This document shows positions 10,212-19,795 of a stretch of 64,000 nucleotides of DNA, one piece after another. The stretch is taken from the NCBI GenBank assembly GCA_963821135.1, contig CAWGCR010000002.1:365841-429840 (forward strand), read 5' to 3'. How positions within the stretch are numbered: position 1 is the first letter of the stretch; every line of letters begins with the position of its first letter. The DNA comes from an uncultured Bacteroidales bacterium (GTDB lineage Bacteria; Bacteroidota; Bacteroidia; Bacteroidales; UBA10428). Both the position numbers and the translations under genes were made by a program. Below the pieces are notes generated by a model, which did not search any database, was not told where the DNA came from, and saw only the letters and a list, made by a program, of their open reading frames with translations.

Positions 10212-11579
10212 ATGGTAAACGACATGTACCCGTTTTCATTAAATATCCCTGATACCAATAAACCAAGGGTGGTTGTACTGGGTGGTGGATTTGGCGGCAT
10301 AAACCTGGTGAAAAAGTTATCCGATGATTTTCAGGTTGTACTGCTCGATAGATATAATTACCATACGTTTCAGCCTTTGCTTTACCAGGTGGCAACAGCC
10401 GGGCTTGAACCTGATTCTATAGCAGGACCATTACGCAAGATTATCAGAAAGAAAAAAGATGTTTATTTCAGGATGTTAAGCGCTGGGGCAATTTCACCTG
10501 AAACTAATACAGTAACTACAAGCGCAGGGGATTTAAAGTTTGATTACCTGGTAGTTGCAACCGGGGCAAAGGTCAATTATTTTAATAACAAAAGTATTTC
10601 TAAGCACGCTTTTCCATTAAAGCAAGTAACCCATGCCCTTGACCTCAGGAGCCATATCTTTCAACAGTTCGAAAAGTTTCAGGTAATAAAAGTCAAAAAT
10701 CAAAAAGCTTCGTTTCTCAATTTTGTTGTGGTTGGGGCCGGGCCAACAGGAGTGGAAGTTTGTGGTGCATTAGCAGAATTAAAGGCGCACGTATTTCCGA
10801 AAGACTATCCCGAGCTGAAAATTAACGATGTAAAGATTTACCTGATAGAGGGACTGGACAAGGTGCTGCCCGGTATGTCAAAAGAATCGTCTGAAATGGC
10901 ATATCAATACCTGAAAAAGGCAGGTGTGGATGTGATATTAAACCGACTGACAGAGCATTATGACGGAGAAGTAGTTAAACTCAACAATGGCCAGAAAATT
11001 GAAACAAATACACTTATTTGGGCAGCAGGTGTTAAAGGAAATATCATTCATGGTATTGATGATCAAAGTATTAGAAGTGATAAAATACAGGTGAACGAAT
11101 TCAGCCAAATAAGCAGAAATAACAAGAGTAATGGAGCATACAAGAATATTTTTGCTATCGGTGATGTGGCATTCATGCAACTCAAAGACTATCCCAACGG
11201 GCTTCCGGGTTTGGCACAAGTGGCCATACAGCAAGGCAGGAATCTTGCCAGCAATCTGGAGCGAGAGCTAAAGCATCAACCACCAAGGGCGTTTCAATAC
11301 AGAAATAAAGGTGTATTGGCCACAATAGGAAGAAACAAAGCAGTAGCCGATTTACCAAATAACATCAAATTCAGCGGGATTACCGGCTGGTTTATTTGGA
11401 TGCTTGTACACTTAGTATTTCTGGTCGGTTTCAGAAGCAAGCTAATTGCCGTAACCAACTGGATTTGGAATTACTTCACCTACGACCGGGGCATAAGGCT
11501 GATTCTAAGACCGTCAACAAAACAGGATGATGAAATGACCCAGAATATGAAAAGAGAAATGGATGAAACAGAAGCTTAA
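10212..11579 (+). CDS. ndh: Type II NADH dehydrogenase (NDH-2)
   Basis: 455 aa. Two dinucleotide-binding motifs (VVVLGGGFGG; VVVGAGPTGVE). C-terminal membrane-anchoring region. Confidence 0.85.
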   Translation: MVNDMYPFSLNIPDTNKPRVVVLGGGFGGINLVKKLSDDFQVVLLDRYNYHTFQPLLYQVATAGLEPDSIAGPLRKIIRKKKDVYFRMLSAGAISPETNTVTTSAGDLKFDYLVVATGAKVNYFNNKSISKHAFPLKQVTHALDLRSHIFQQFEKFQVIKVKNQKASFLNFVVVGAGPTGVEVCGALAELKAHVFPKDYPELKINDVKIYLIEGLDKVLPGMSKESSEMAYQYLKKAGVDVILNRLTEHYDGEVVKLNNGQKIETNTLIWAAGVKGNIIHGIDDQSIRSDKIQVNEFSQISRNNKSNGAYKNIFAIGDVAFMQLKDYPNGLPGLAQVAIQQGRNLASNLERELKHQPPRAFQYRNKGVLATIGRNKAVADLPNNIKFSGITGWFIWMLVHLVFLVGFRSKLIAVTNWIWNYFTYDRGIRLILRPSTKQDDEMTQNMKREMDETEA

Positions 11580-11602
11580 AAAATTATTCTCCTAATTAAA
11601 AC

Positions 11603-13558
11603 ATGCTTATGAACAAACTTAACGTTACACAAAAACTTATACAGTCTCACCTGGTTGACGGTACCATGCAACCGGGAAAGGAGATAGGCTTAAAAATAGA
11701 TCATTTATTGCAGCAGGATGCTACCGGCACGCTTATAATGTTGGAGCTGGATAAAATTGGCATAAAACGGGTTCATGCCGAAGTGGCCATTCAGTATGTT
11801 GACCACAATCTGTTACAAACCGACTTTAAAAATGCCGATGACCACAAATTTTTACGTTCGGCTGCCATGAAATACGGTTACTGGTACAGCCGCCCTGGGA
11901 ACGGAATAAGCCATGTGGTGCACATGGAACGTTTTGGCAAACCCGGAAAATCAATGATTGGTTCCGACAGCCATACCTGCTCTGCCGGAAGCTTAGGCAT
12001 GTTAGCCGTAGGTGCCGGTGGGCTTGATGTAGCTACCGTTGCATGCGGGCAAGCCTTTTACATGACCATGCCCAAAATATTGGGTGTGGAATTATCCGGA
12101 AGGTTGAACGACTGGCTAAGTGCCAAAGATATTATTCTGGAAATGCTGCACAGGTACGATGTTAAAGGCGGTGTTGGGTATATTATCGAATATTTTGGCG
12201 ATGGCCTAAAATACCTGAGTGCCTGGGACAGGCATGTTATAGCCAACATGGGAGCTGAACTGGGCGCTACAACATCAGTTTTTCCGTCAGACGATGTAAC
12301 GAAAGAGTTTCTTGCACAGGAAAAAAGGGAGGAAGACTGGACAGAAATCTTAGCCGACAAGGGAGCTGAATACGATAAGCTTGAACATATTGACCTGGAC
12401 AGGCTTGAACCACTGATTGCCACTCCCGGCAGTCCTGGAAATGTGGTGCCTGTGAGAGAAGTAGCCGGAAAAACTATTTCGCAGGCAGTAATCGGTTCAT
12501 CAGCAAACCCTTCATTGAGAGACTTTTGGATGGTAAGCCGTATCTTGAAAGGGAAAGTCGTTCCGGCTGGTGTTTCGTTGGACATCAACCCTTCTTCAAG
12601 ACAGAAAATCGAAGATTTGGGTAAACTCGGAGCCATAAACGACCTGATTCAATCCGGAGCCCGTTACCACCAAACCGGTTGTATGGGATGCATTGGAATG
12701 GGACAGGCTCCGGCATCGAACAGCATCAGCCTGCGGACAATGCCACGAAATTTTCCCGGTCGTTCCGGTACCGAGGATGACCAGGTGTATTTGTGCAGTC
12801 CCGAAACAGCAACCGTTTCAGCACTACATGGTAAAATAGTAGATCCGGCAGAATGGGGCAAAACCACGCAATATCCAAAATTTATAGAACCCAAAACAGC
12901 TTCAGTCAACACGTTAATGCTTATTCCACCCTATGAAAAAGCCATGGATGTAGAACTTGAAAAAGGCGAGAATATCAAAACGCTTCCAGACTTTCAACCG
13001 CTGGAAAATACGTTCAAAGCAGCGGTGTTGCTAAAAATGGGGGATAATATTTCCACCGATGAAATACTAAAAGCCGGAGCGGAAGTATTGCCCCTGAGAA
13101 GTAATATTGAAGCCATCAGCAAATACGCCTTTCATGCCATCGATAAAAACTTTCATCACTTGGCGGGTCAGGCCTACGATTCGTTGGGCGGGCATATTGT
13201 AGTGGCCGGCGAAAACTATGCCCAGGGTTCGAGCAGGGAACATGCCGCCCTTGCCCCCAGATATTTGGGACAAAAAGCTGTGATTGCCAAAAGCTATGCA
13301 CGTATTGGCCGTCAAAATCTGATAAACTTTGGGATTATACCTTTTGTTTTCGAAAACCCAGCTGATTATGAAACCTTGGAGGTTAAAAATATTTTTCAAT
13401 TTAGCGAGCTTACGGAAGCTATTAAGAACGAAAAAGCGGTAGTTGCTTACAACGAATCCAATAAAAAAGGAATTCGGCTAATTTGTAGCTTGACGTCCCG
13501 CCAGCGGGAAATTTTATTGGCTGGGGGACTTATTAATTATTTAAAAACTAAAAAATAG
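11603..13558 (+). CDS. Aconitase-family hydratase (aconitate hydratase-like, ~650 aa)
   Basis: Fe-S cluster ligand region SDSHTCSAGSLG…GAGG; swivel-domain motif GENYAQGSSREHAALAP. 24 bp downstream of ndh (probable operon). Confidence 0.8.
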   Translation: MLMNKLNVTQKLIQSHLVDGTMQPGKEIGLKIDHLLQQDATGTLIMLELDKIGIKRVHAEVAIQYVDHNLLQTDFKNADDHKFLRSAAMKYGYWYSRPGNGISHVVHMERFGKPGKSMIGSDSHTCSAGSLGMLAVGAGGLDVATVACGQAFYMTMPKILGVELSGRLNDWLSAKDIILEMLHRYDVKGGVGYIIEYFGDGLKYLSAWDRHVIANMGAELGATTSVFPSDDVTKEFLAQEKREEDWTEILADKGAEYDKLEHIDLDRLEPLIATPGSPGNVVPVREVAGKTISQAVIGSSANPSLRDFWMVSRILKGKVVPAGVSLDINPSSRQKIEDLGKLGAINDLIQSGARYHQTGCMGCIGMGQAPASNSISLRTMPRNFPGRSGTEDDQVYLCSPETATVSALHGKIVDPAEWGKTTQYPKFIEPKTASVNTLMLIPPYEKAMDVELEKGENIKTLPDFQPLENTFKAAVLLKMGDNISTDEILKAGAEVLPLRSNIEAISKYAFHAIDKNFHHLAGQAYDSLGGHIVVAGENYAQGSSREHAALAPRYLGQKAVIAKSYARIGRQNLINFGIIPFVFENPADYETLEVKNIFQFSELTEAIKNEKAVVAYNESNKKGIRLICSLTSRQREILLAGGLINYLKTKK

Positions 13559-13563
13559 AAATT

Positions 13564-13971
13564 ATGACCTATACAAAAAAGAATTATCCTGCATCGATGA
13601 AAAACCTTATCCCCGATATCAGGGATAAAGCCATAGATATTTTAAATGCTTTAATTGAAGAAGAAAAGATGGAAATTGGGTATGCTATTCCAACGGCCAT
13701 AAGCCGGGCAAAAGACTGGGCGGCCAACAGGAACAAGACCGTTCCCCCATCACCAACGGATTTTAAAAAACATGGTGAAGATGTACATGTGTTGCCAAGA
13801 GAAAACGGATGGGCCATTAAAAAAGAGAAAGCCGAAAGAGCAAGTGCTGTTTTCCCAAAAAAGATGGAAGCAGTTTCGCGGGCGCAAAATATGGCAAAGA
13901 AAAATAAGGGCAGCTTAATTATTCACCGAAAAACAGGAAGTATACAAAATAAAATTTCTTATACACAATAA
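13564..13971 (+). CDS. DUF2188-domain protein
   Basis: C-terminal HVLPRENGWAIKKEKAERASAVF…LIIHRKTGSIQNKISY matches the DUF2188 pattern (HVxPxxxGWAVKxEGAxRAS…IHxxDGxI). Confidence 0.5.
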   Translation: MTYTKKNYPASMKNLIPDIRDKAIDILNALIEEEKMEIGYAIPTAISRAKDWAANRNKTVPPSPTDFKKHGEDVHVLPRENGWAIKKEKAERASAVFPKKMEAVSRAQNMAKKNKGSLIIHRKTGSIQNKISYTQ

Positions 13972-13974
13972 CTC

Positions 13975-14925
13975 CTATTTTTCTACACTATTAAGCATAT
14001 CGGCCAGTGATTTTCCTCCCTTAATGCCAAAGTCGATGGTACGAATAGGGAAGGTAATGGTAATGTCATTTTGGTCATATGCTTTTTTGATATTTTTTAT
14101 GCCCTGGCTCAATGCGCGCAGGTATATCAGGTAGTCGTCCGAAATGTATTGTACCCAGTACCTCACTGAAAAAAAGATGGCACTATCACCAAATTCTTTA
14201 AAATACAAGTCCACGGGCTTTTCTTTGTTGATATATGATATCTTATTGATGGCTTGTAGCGTAACTTGCTCTACCTTTTCAAGGTCATCGCCATACGAAA
14301 TACCCACATCGAGGTCAATCCTTCTTTCTTGATTAATGGAAAAATGCGTGTATTTCTGTTCCATAAGCAGTCTGTTGGGAATAACTACATCCTGTCCCTG
14401 CCAGGTGCGTATGGAGCTTGATCGTAAACCAATATCCTTTACAATTCCGAATACATCCTGGTATTCCAACACATCACCAACATTTACAGGGCTCTTTATA
14501 GCCATATATATACCTGCCAAAAAGTTGGAGGCTATATCCTTAAAAGCAAAACCCAATGCCAAACCTACTATTCCCAACCCGGCTAAAAGAGAGGTTACCG
14601 TTTCGTCGAGGTTTAATATACGGAGGGAAATAAATACCCCGATTATTAACACTGTAAAAAATATAATTGAAGCCGTAAGCTTGTTAATGGCTTCATTATC
14701 AGATAAGCGCTTCATAAGGCCATATAACATTTTTCGTATATACCTGCTGGCAAAATAAAAGGTAATCAAAACCAGCAGGGCAGCAACAAAATTGGGAAGC
14801 ATACCAATAAGACCTTCTAACCAATCGGTAACTTTATTTAATACAACACCAACATATTCATTTATATCTTTCATAATATCTTTCATTTGTTTACTAGTTA
14901 TGACAAGGTCTGATATGCAGCACAA
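13975..14925 (-). CDS. mscS: Small-conductance mechanosensitive channel (MscS family)
   Basis: 316 aa; 3 N-terminal TM helices then the MscS beta domain (GDVLEYQDVFGIVKDIGLRSSSIRTWQGQDVVIPN). Confidence 0.8.
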   Translation of the reverse strand: MCCISDLVITSKQMKDIMKDINEYVGVVLNKVTDWLEGLIGMLPNFVAALLVLITFYFASRYIRKMLYGLMKRLSDNEAINKLTASIIFFTVLIIGVFISLRILNLDETVTSLLAGLGIVGLALGFAFKDIASNFLAGIYMAIKSPVNVGDVLEYQDVFGIVKDIGLRSSSIRTWQGQDVVIPNRLLMEQKYTHFSINQERRIDLDVGISYGDDLEKVEQVTLQAINKISYINKEKPVDLYFKEFGDSAIFFSVRYWVQYISDDYLIYLRALSQGIKNIKKAYDQNDITITFPIRTIDFGIKGGKSLADMLNSVEK

Positions 14926-14980
14926 ATTATTGTTATGGCTCTGATGAGCCTCAGTAATAAATCAGACAAGATCTGTTTCA

Positions 14981-15955
14981 TCATTTGTTTTTGTTTACCA
15001 TGGGTATTAGGCCAAAGGCTATAGCTCCCGGAATAAGGTAGATGAAATTGGTGGCTGCATGGGCTACCAAAGAGAAAGCTTTACCATTTTCGCTATCTAC
15101 ACCAAACAAAAGCAGGCACTGAATAACTACAAAATGCCAGGCACCCATGCCGGCCTGAACAGGAATTAGAAAAGCCAGTGTAGCCAGCCCGAATGTAAAT
15201 ACCGCAACTTTAAGCGATAGGGTTTGTGTTGGAGGATATGCAAAGAATAGCACATACAGCATGAACAACCACAAAGCATAGATTAAGACTGATTCAAACA
15301 AATACAAGCTCTTATGCTTAATACGGCGAAATGAAGAAAATCCTTCAACAATATTATTTTTTGTTTTCATCAATTTGTTTTGTGCTTTATGAAACCAATT
15401 GTACTTTTTTGAAGCAAAGGCCAATAATGCGAATGCTACAATGAATCCTACCAGAATAAGTAAACCTTTGGTTAGTGTGAAGGAATGAATATTAATCTGT
15501 GGTAAAGCAAGCAGCTCCTTTATCCTTGCGAATTGCCAAATCAAAAGCCCTATAAAAATGAGTACCAGAATAATAAAATCGGTTAAACGTTCAGCCAGTG
15601 CAATACCCAGTAATTTTGAAAAAGGGACTTTCTCTACCCGGTTTATAACACCCAGACGTACAACTTCTCCGCCTCGGGGTATTATTTGATTGGTAAAAGC
15701 CAGAGTAAGTACCGCTAGAAAGAGGTTGTATGTTTTTGGATTGAATTGCAATGGTTTAAACATAAGTTTCCAACGATGCGCTCGAACCAATTGGCTTAGC
15801 ATGTTTAAGGCTACCGAAGCCCCAATCCAAAAAATATTAAATTGTATCAACTGGTTTTTAAGAGAAGTTATATTGGTGTCTTTATAAACATACCAGAATA
15901 ATCCAACCCCAATTATTAAAAATAGTATGGATTGTATGATTTTCTTTTTATCCAT
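14981..15955 (-). CDS. Flippase-like / lysyl-phosphatidylglycerol-synthase-TM-region-like membrane protein (UPF0104)
   Basis: 324 aa, ~8 TM helices. Overlaps the GT2 gene by 8 bp; this GT2 + UPF0104 pairing is common. Confidence 0.5.
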   Translation of the reverse strand: MDKKKIIQSILFLIIGVGLFWYVYKDTNITSLKNQLIQFNIFWIGASVALNMLSQLVRAHRWKLMFKPLQFNPKTYNLFLAVLTLAFTNQIIPRGGEVVRLGVINRVEKVPFSKLLGIALAERLTDFIILVLIFIGLLIWQFARIKELLALPQINIHSFTLTKGLLILVGFIVAFALLAFASKKYNWFHKAQNKLMKTKNNIVEGFSSFRRIKHKSLYLFESVLIYALWLFMLYVLFFAYPPTQTLSLKVAVFTFGLATLAFLIPVQAGMGAWHFVVIQCLLLFGVDSENGKAFSLVAHAATNFIYLIPGAIAFGLIPMVNKNK

Positions 15956-16769
15956 TATTTTTTAATAGCGCATGAATTTTATCGTTAACATCGTCTTGCA
16001 GCTTTTTAAAAGATTCTTTTAGGTTCTCCCCTTGTTCCTCGAAAGAATTACCGATGCGTTTTGAGATTAAATCGTAATTCTGAAGGAGGGTTACAGCTAT
16101 TTCCTTTCCTTCGCTAATAAACTCCTGAGTGGCCTTGGCTGGTGTTGTTTTGTCATATTTGGTTGGGTGGGTTAATCCATTAAGAAGAGTGTATTTTATT
16201 TTCTTTCCGTATGCCTGAAAATAGAGATTGATATAAGTTTCTACGCCAAATTGAATATCCCGGATATTTTCCAGAATAGGTATCAATTCATTTTTCCTGA
16301 TGGCTCTTTCACCCGTAAGACTTTTGAAAGGATTTACCCGATAATCAATAAGCGTTTCAGATGGAGAACCCAATACCATATCAACAGGATTTTCTTTATC
16401 AAAAATAGGAGCAAGTAATTGGTCAAAGTGTTCTTTTTTAATTCCCGAAACATCAGCATCAAAAAACAATATAATTTCGTTTTCAGCTTTTTCTACCCCT
16501 GTAACCATAGCGTTACTCTTGCCTCGGTTTTCTGGTAAGCGAATGTTTTTAATGTTTAATTCCTGTTCAATATTGACAAGTATTTGTCCGGTCTTATCTT
16601 CCGAACCATCATCCACAACAATAATTTCACTTTCGGGATTAAACTCGCGACATTTTCTAACCACATTTTCTATGGTTGTTTCTTCATTGTAGGCGCATAT
16701 TACTATGCTAACTTTATCTTTCATCGTTCTGAATTTTTTAGTGAATACTTGTTTCTGAAAATGTAACAC
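15948..16769 (-). CDS. Family 2 glycosyltransferase
   Basis: VSIVICAYNEE…VVDDGSEDKT, DAD (DxD) motif. Confidence 0.8.
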   Translation of the reverse strand: MLHFQKQVFTKKFRTMKDKVSIVICAYNEETTIENVVRKCREFNPESEIIVVDDGSEDKTGQILVNIEQELNIKNIRLPENRGKSNAMVTGVEKAENEIILFFDADVSGIKKEHFDQLLAPIFDKENPVDMVLGSPSETLIDYRVNPFKSLTGERAIRKNELIPILENIRDIQFGVETYINLYFQAYGKKIKYTLLNGLTHPTKYDKTTPAKATQEFISEGKEIAVTLLQNYDLISKRIGNSFEEQGENLKESFKKLQDDVNDKIHALLKNNG

Positions 16770-18729
16770 GCCTGAATATGGTTGTTCCCATAGGCACTAA
16801 GTTTACATCTTCTTTTTTGTTTTTTTTATTTCTAAGTTTACCACGAAGGCTAACTGGTGGATTTTCCCAAGGATTGTCTAAAGGATGGTCTTTTTTTTGG
16901 CGGTAGGTGAACTTATCATCCTTATGTATTTTATACTTCCATGCACCTGAATCGACAGGGCGCACCTTATAGCGATAGTAGCCACTGTTTTGGTGTTCTT
17001 TTACGGTATCGATATTATGTTTAAACGGCAGGGCATAAACCAGGGGACCACGTTTAAGATAGAACCCGCTTCCTTCTACCGATTTTGAAAGTGGTTGTGG
17101 TATTCTTTTTATTATAAAATCAAATGTTACCTGTACAACATTCTCTTTTATCCATTTATTGGTAATGATTACATAGTCCTTCTCTTCTTTCACAATTGCC
17201 GAATCAGGTGCTTGAATTTTCCGGATTTTACACCCAAATGGTTTCCGAATAATAAGCGGAAAATTAATTTCTTCCTCTGTGTTAATTATAAAGCGTATAT
17301 TGTCTGAAAAGGGATATGTCGTTTCTTCCTTAATGCTTATGAGAACATTATCTACCGTTGTTTTGAACTCACAAGGACCAAATAAGGCAGCTACTAAAGC
17401 CTTTCCGTTGGTTTCCTTCATCCACATACCTTCTACGTAGTATGGCATAAGACGAATGCCGTTTAACGCACAGCACACGGCTGCCAGATGTGCAGCATCG
17501 TAACTTTCACGTCGGACTAACTCCCGATGGTTTATGTGTATACGGTTATCGGTAGTAAAGTAAGATAATGCCGTCAATACCGGAAATCTGGCTCCTTGCC
17601 CCGCGTTAAATACCATGGTTTCAATGTGGTTGGCCAGGGATAAATTCCCAGTCAGAGAAATCATCTTGTTCATAGGACTAATCATTTCGGCAATACCACA
17701 ATATTCATAACGCTCATCGGCAGTGCCTTCACGTCCTTTTATCCATTCATCGCAGCGCATGGCGCCACCTGGTGTGAGGTGCTTTTTGAGTTTGGGCATA
17801 ACATTATCTGCTGCTTTAATGAATTCCCCATCTTTGCTTATGGATGCAACAAATCGTGGTACAAACAGGCCTTCGGCAATATGCGCACCGTGTTTATGAA
17901 ATAATCGCGATTCATCCAATAACATGTTGGTTTTTAAATCGTCGTCACGGAATTTACCCTGGTTAAAATCCTTGTACAGTTTCACTACAAACTCAATATA
18001 TTGAGGCTTGCCGGTTATCCTGTATAACCATTCCAGGTTTTCAAAAAAACCTATACCATGGCTTACACCACCCCCATTCGATTCTGTGGCAAAGTAGTTT
18101 TTAGTTTTGTATTTTTCCATTATCAACTTTACAGCTTTCTCTGCTGCATCAAGCACTCTTTTGTTGCTCGTAAATTCATAATAAGCCAACAGGGCCATAA
18201 CTATTCTGCTGGTTGCCCACAATTCGCCATTGCCCCGTTTATGATGGAAGCGGCAACCCGGCTTTTCACAATCTTCGTATATGCCAATGTATCCTTCTTC
18301 ACCTGTATGCGTGATAATTTCTTCGACCCAACGTTTTGCCTTTTCGATGTAAGGCCTATTATTTGTTAGAAAGGCCATACGGATAACACCGTCTTTCCAG
18401 TACCCTTCATGTTCACCACTCCACCATTCTTTCCGAAGCCCTAATCGCCTCTTGCTTATCCTGTTTTGCTCAACAAACACATTTTTGGTTACAGTTGGGT
18501 GTACCTGGTTGTAGCTACCTGCATAGCCTTGGGTTAAATCCCGGCTTAGTTGTTCATGGATCCAACCTTTTGGCATTACAGAACCGGCCTGGGGAATTTC
18601 AAATGTGTAAATATTTAACATAGGGTAACTTTTACTTTTTCCATTAACTAGTAATGCATAACTTAAACCTGCCAAAAGCAACCATTTTATAGTCTTTTTC
18701 TTCATTTTAGCTGCTTTATATAGTTGCAC
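16738..18729 (-). CDS. Secreted GH127-like (DUF1680, beta-L-arabinofuranosidase-type) hydrolase
   Basis: 663 aa with signal peptide. E-x-C (ERYEYCGIAE) and adjacent CC (AAVCCALN) match the Glu/Cys3 zinc-thiol catalytic constellation of GH127 HypBA1-type enzymes. Confidence 0.55.
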   Translation of the reverse strand: MQLYKAAKMKKKTIKWLLLAGLSYALLVNGKSKSYPMLNIYTFEIPQAGSVMPKGWIHEQLSRDLTQGYAGSYNQVHPTVTKNVFVEQNRISKRRLGLRKEWWSGEHEGYWKDGVIRMAFLTNNRPYIEKAKRWVEEIITHTGEEGYIGIYEDCEKPGCRFHHKRGNGELWATSRIVMALLAYYEFTSNKRVLDAAEKAVKLIMEKYKTKNYFATESNGGGVSHGIGFFENLEWLYRITGKPQYIEFVVKLYKDFNQGKFRDDDLKTNMLLDESRLFHKHGAHIAEGLFVPRFVASISKDGEFIKAADNVMPKLKKHLTPGGAMRCDEWIKGREGTADERYEYCGIAEMISPMNKMISLTGNLSLANHIETMVFNAGQGARFPVLTALSYFTTDNRIHINHRELVRRESYDAAHLAAVCCALNGIRLMPYYVEGMWMKETNGKALVAALFGPCEFKTTVDNVLISIKEETTYPFSDNIRFIINTEEEINFPLIIRKPFGCKIRKIQAPDSAIVKEEKDYVIITNKWIKENVVQVTFDFIIKRIPQPLSKSVEGSGFYLKRGPLVYALPFKHNIDTVKEHQNSGYYRYKVRPVDSGAWKYKIHKDDKFTYRQKKDHPLDNPWENPPVSLRGKLRNKKNKKEDVNLVPMGTTIFRRVTFSETSIH

Positions 18730-18746
18730 CGTAATACCTTTTTCGC

Positions 18747-19184
18747 CTATTCGGAACTTTTCTCCTGGTTGTTTCCTTCCTCAAATTTTTTAGCCACTCC
18801 TTCAATTTTTTCATGTAGGCTGGAAATATCTTTAGCTGTCTTATTAAACTCTGTCGATTGTTCTTTATATAACATTTCCTTTAGCTTTAATATTTCTATA
18901 TCCTTTTCCTGCATGGCTATTTTGGTATTCTTTTCCTTGACTTCAATTCGCCTAAGCATGCGAGAATATTGAAGCATATATCGAATGGATAATATGATAA
19001 GCATGCCCAATACAAAAAATAGCACAAAAGGGCGGTTGTTAATTATGCCAAGGCCCAGGTTTATATTGAGTTTCACAACAAATATATCCCAGTTAAACAA
19101 CATAAAATAACCCCAGGCTACTATCCATATTATCAGTAAGATATGAATGAGATACCGAACTTTAAAATTTTTTACTATTTCCAT
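18747..19184 (-). CDS. Membrane protein with 2 TM helices + coiled coil (LapA-like topology)
   Basis: 145 aa. Two hydrophobic helices followed by a charged coiled-coil tail. 18 bp upstream of the GH127 gene. Confidence 0.4.
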   Translation of the reverse strand: MEIVKNFKVRYLIHILLIIWIVAWGYFMLFNWDIFVVKLNINLGLGIINNRPFVLFFVLGMLIILSIRYMLQYSRMLRRIEVKEKNTKIAMQEKDIEILKLKEMLYKEQSTEFNKTAKDISSLHEKIEGVAKKFEEGNNQEKSSE

Positions 19185-19192
19185 GCTTTTTA

Positions 19193-19721
19193 TTATTTAT
19201 TATCGTGCTCCTTCTCCTGTTCTTTTATCTGAATTATCTTTTTGTCGATACTTTCAATTTCCTTTAGCAAAGTCTGTATTTCTGTGTCCTCCATTAAATG
19301 TTCGGGCAGACCATTTACAACACTTTTAACTGCCTGATATATATGTTTACCCAGTTTAGCCATAATCTTATCCCGTTCTTCCCCAAACTGTTTTATCTCC
19401 TGATTGTGTTTGTACGTATCAATTATTTCCTGGGCTTTATGCACCATTTCTAATGTAAATTCAGAGCCTGATTTGACAACTTCTTTTGCTTTCTCTCCGA
19501 TAGTTTGTGCATACTCACTCATGGTTTCGCCCACAACTTTTGCACCTTCGCTGATGTTTTCTTTGGTTTCTTCCCAAAAATCTTGCTGTTGATTTTGATC
19601 TTCGGATATCTTCTTTCTTGTCTTTCGTGTTTTTTCCTTTTGCTTCCGAATCTACTTTAGCCTGATCGGTATTTTGTTGTTCTTTTTGTTGTTTGGTATT
19701 GTTTTTATCTTTTGTTTCCAT
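19193..19721 (-). CDS. Hypothetical charged alpha-helical protein, probably one gene interrupted by a frameshift near 19600-19640
   Basis: ORFs 19515-19721 and 19193-19534 overlap. The second frame stays open well upstream of its first Met (…SEDQNQQQDFWEETKENISEGAKVVGETMSEY…). Homopolymer tracts (ttttttcc) are at the junction. Confidence 0.35.
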
Positions 19722-19795
19722 TTCTAATTGTTTTAATAGTTCTAATAATCAACTTTTCTCAATTTAACACATGGGTTTAGGCTATTTTTTATCAT

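Noticed and set aside
17821-17836. 11-mer ATTCCCCATCT identical to part of the mlaD upstream motif, inside the GH127-like coding sequence
   Set aside because: It lacks the GGAA/TGTGGAA partner half-sites and lies within a coding region. Most likely a chance match.
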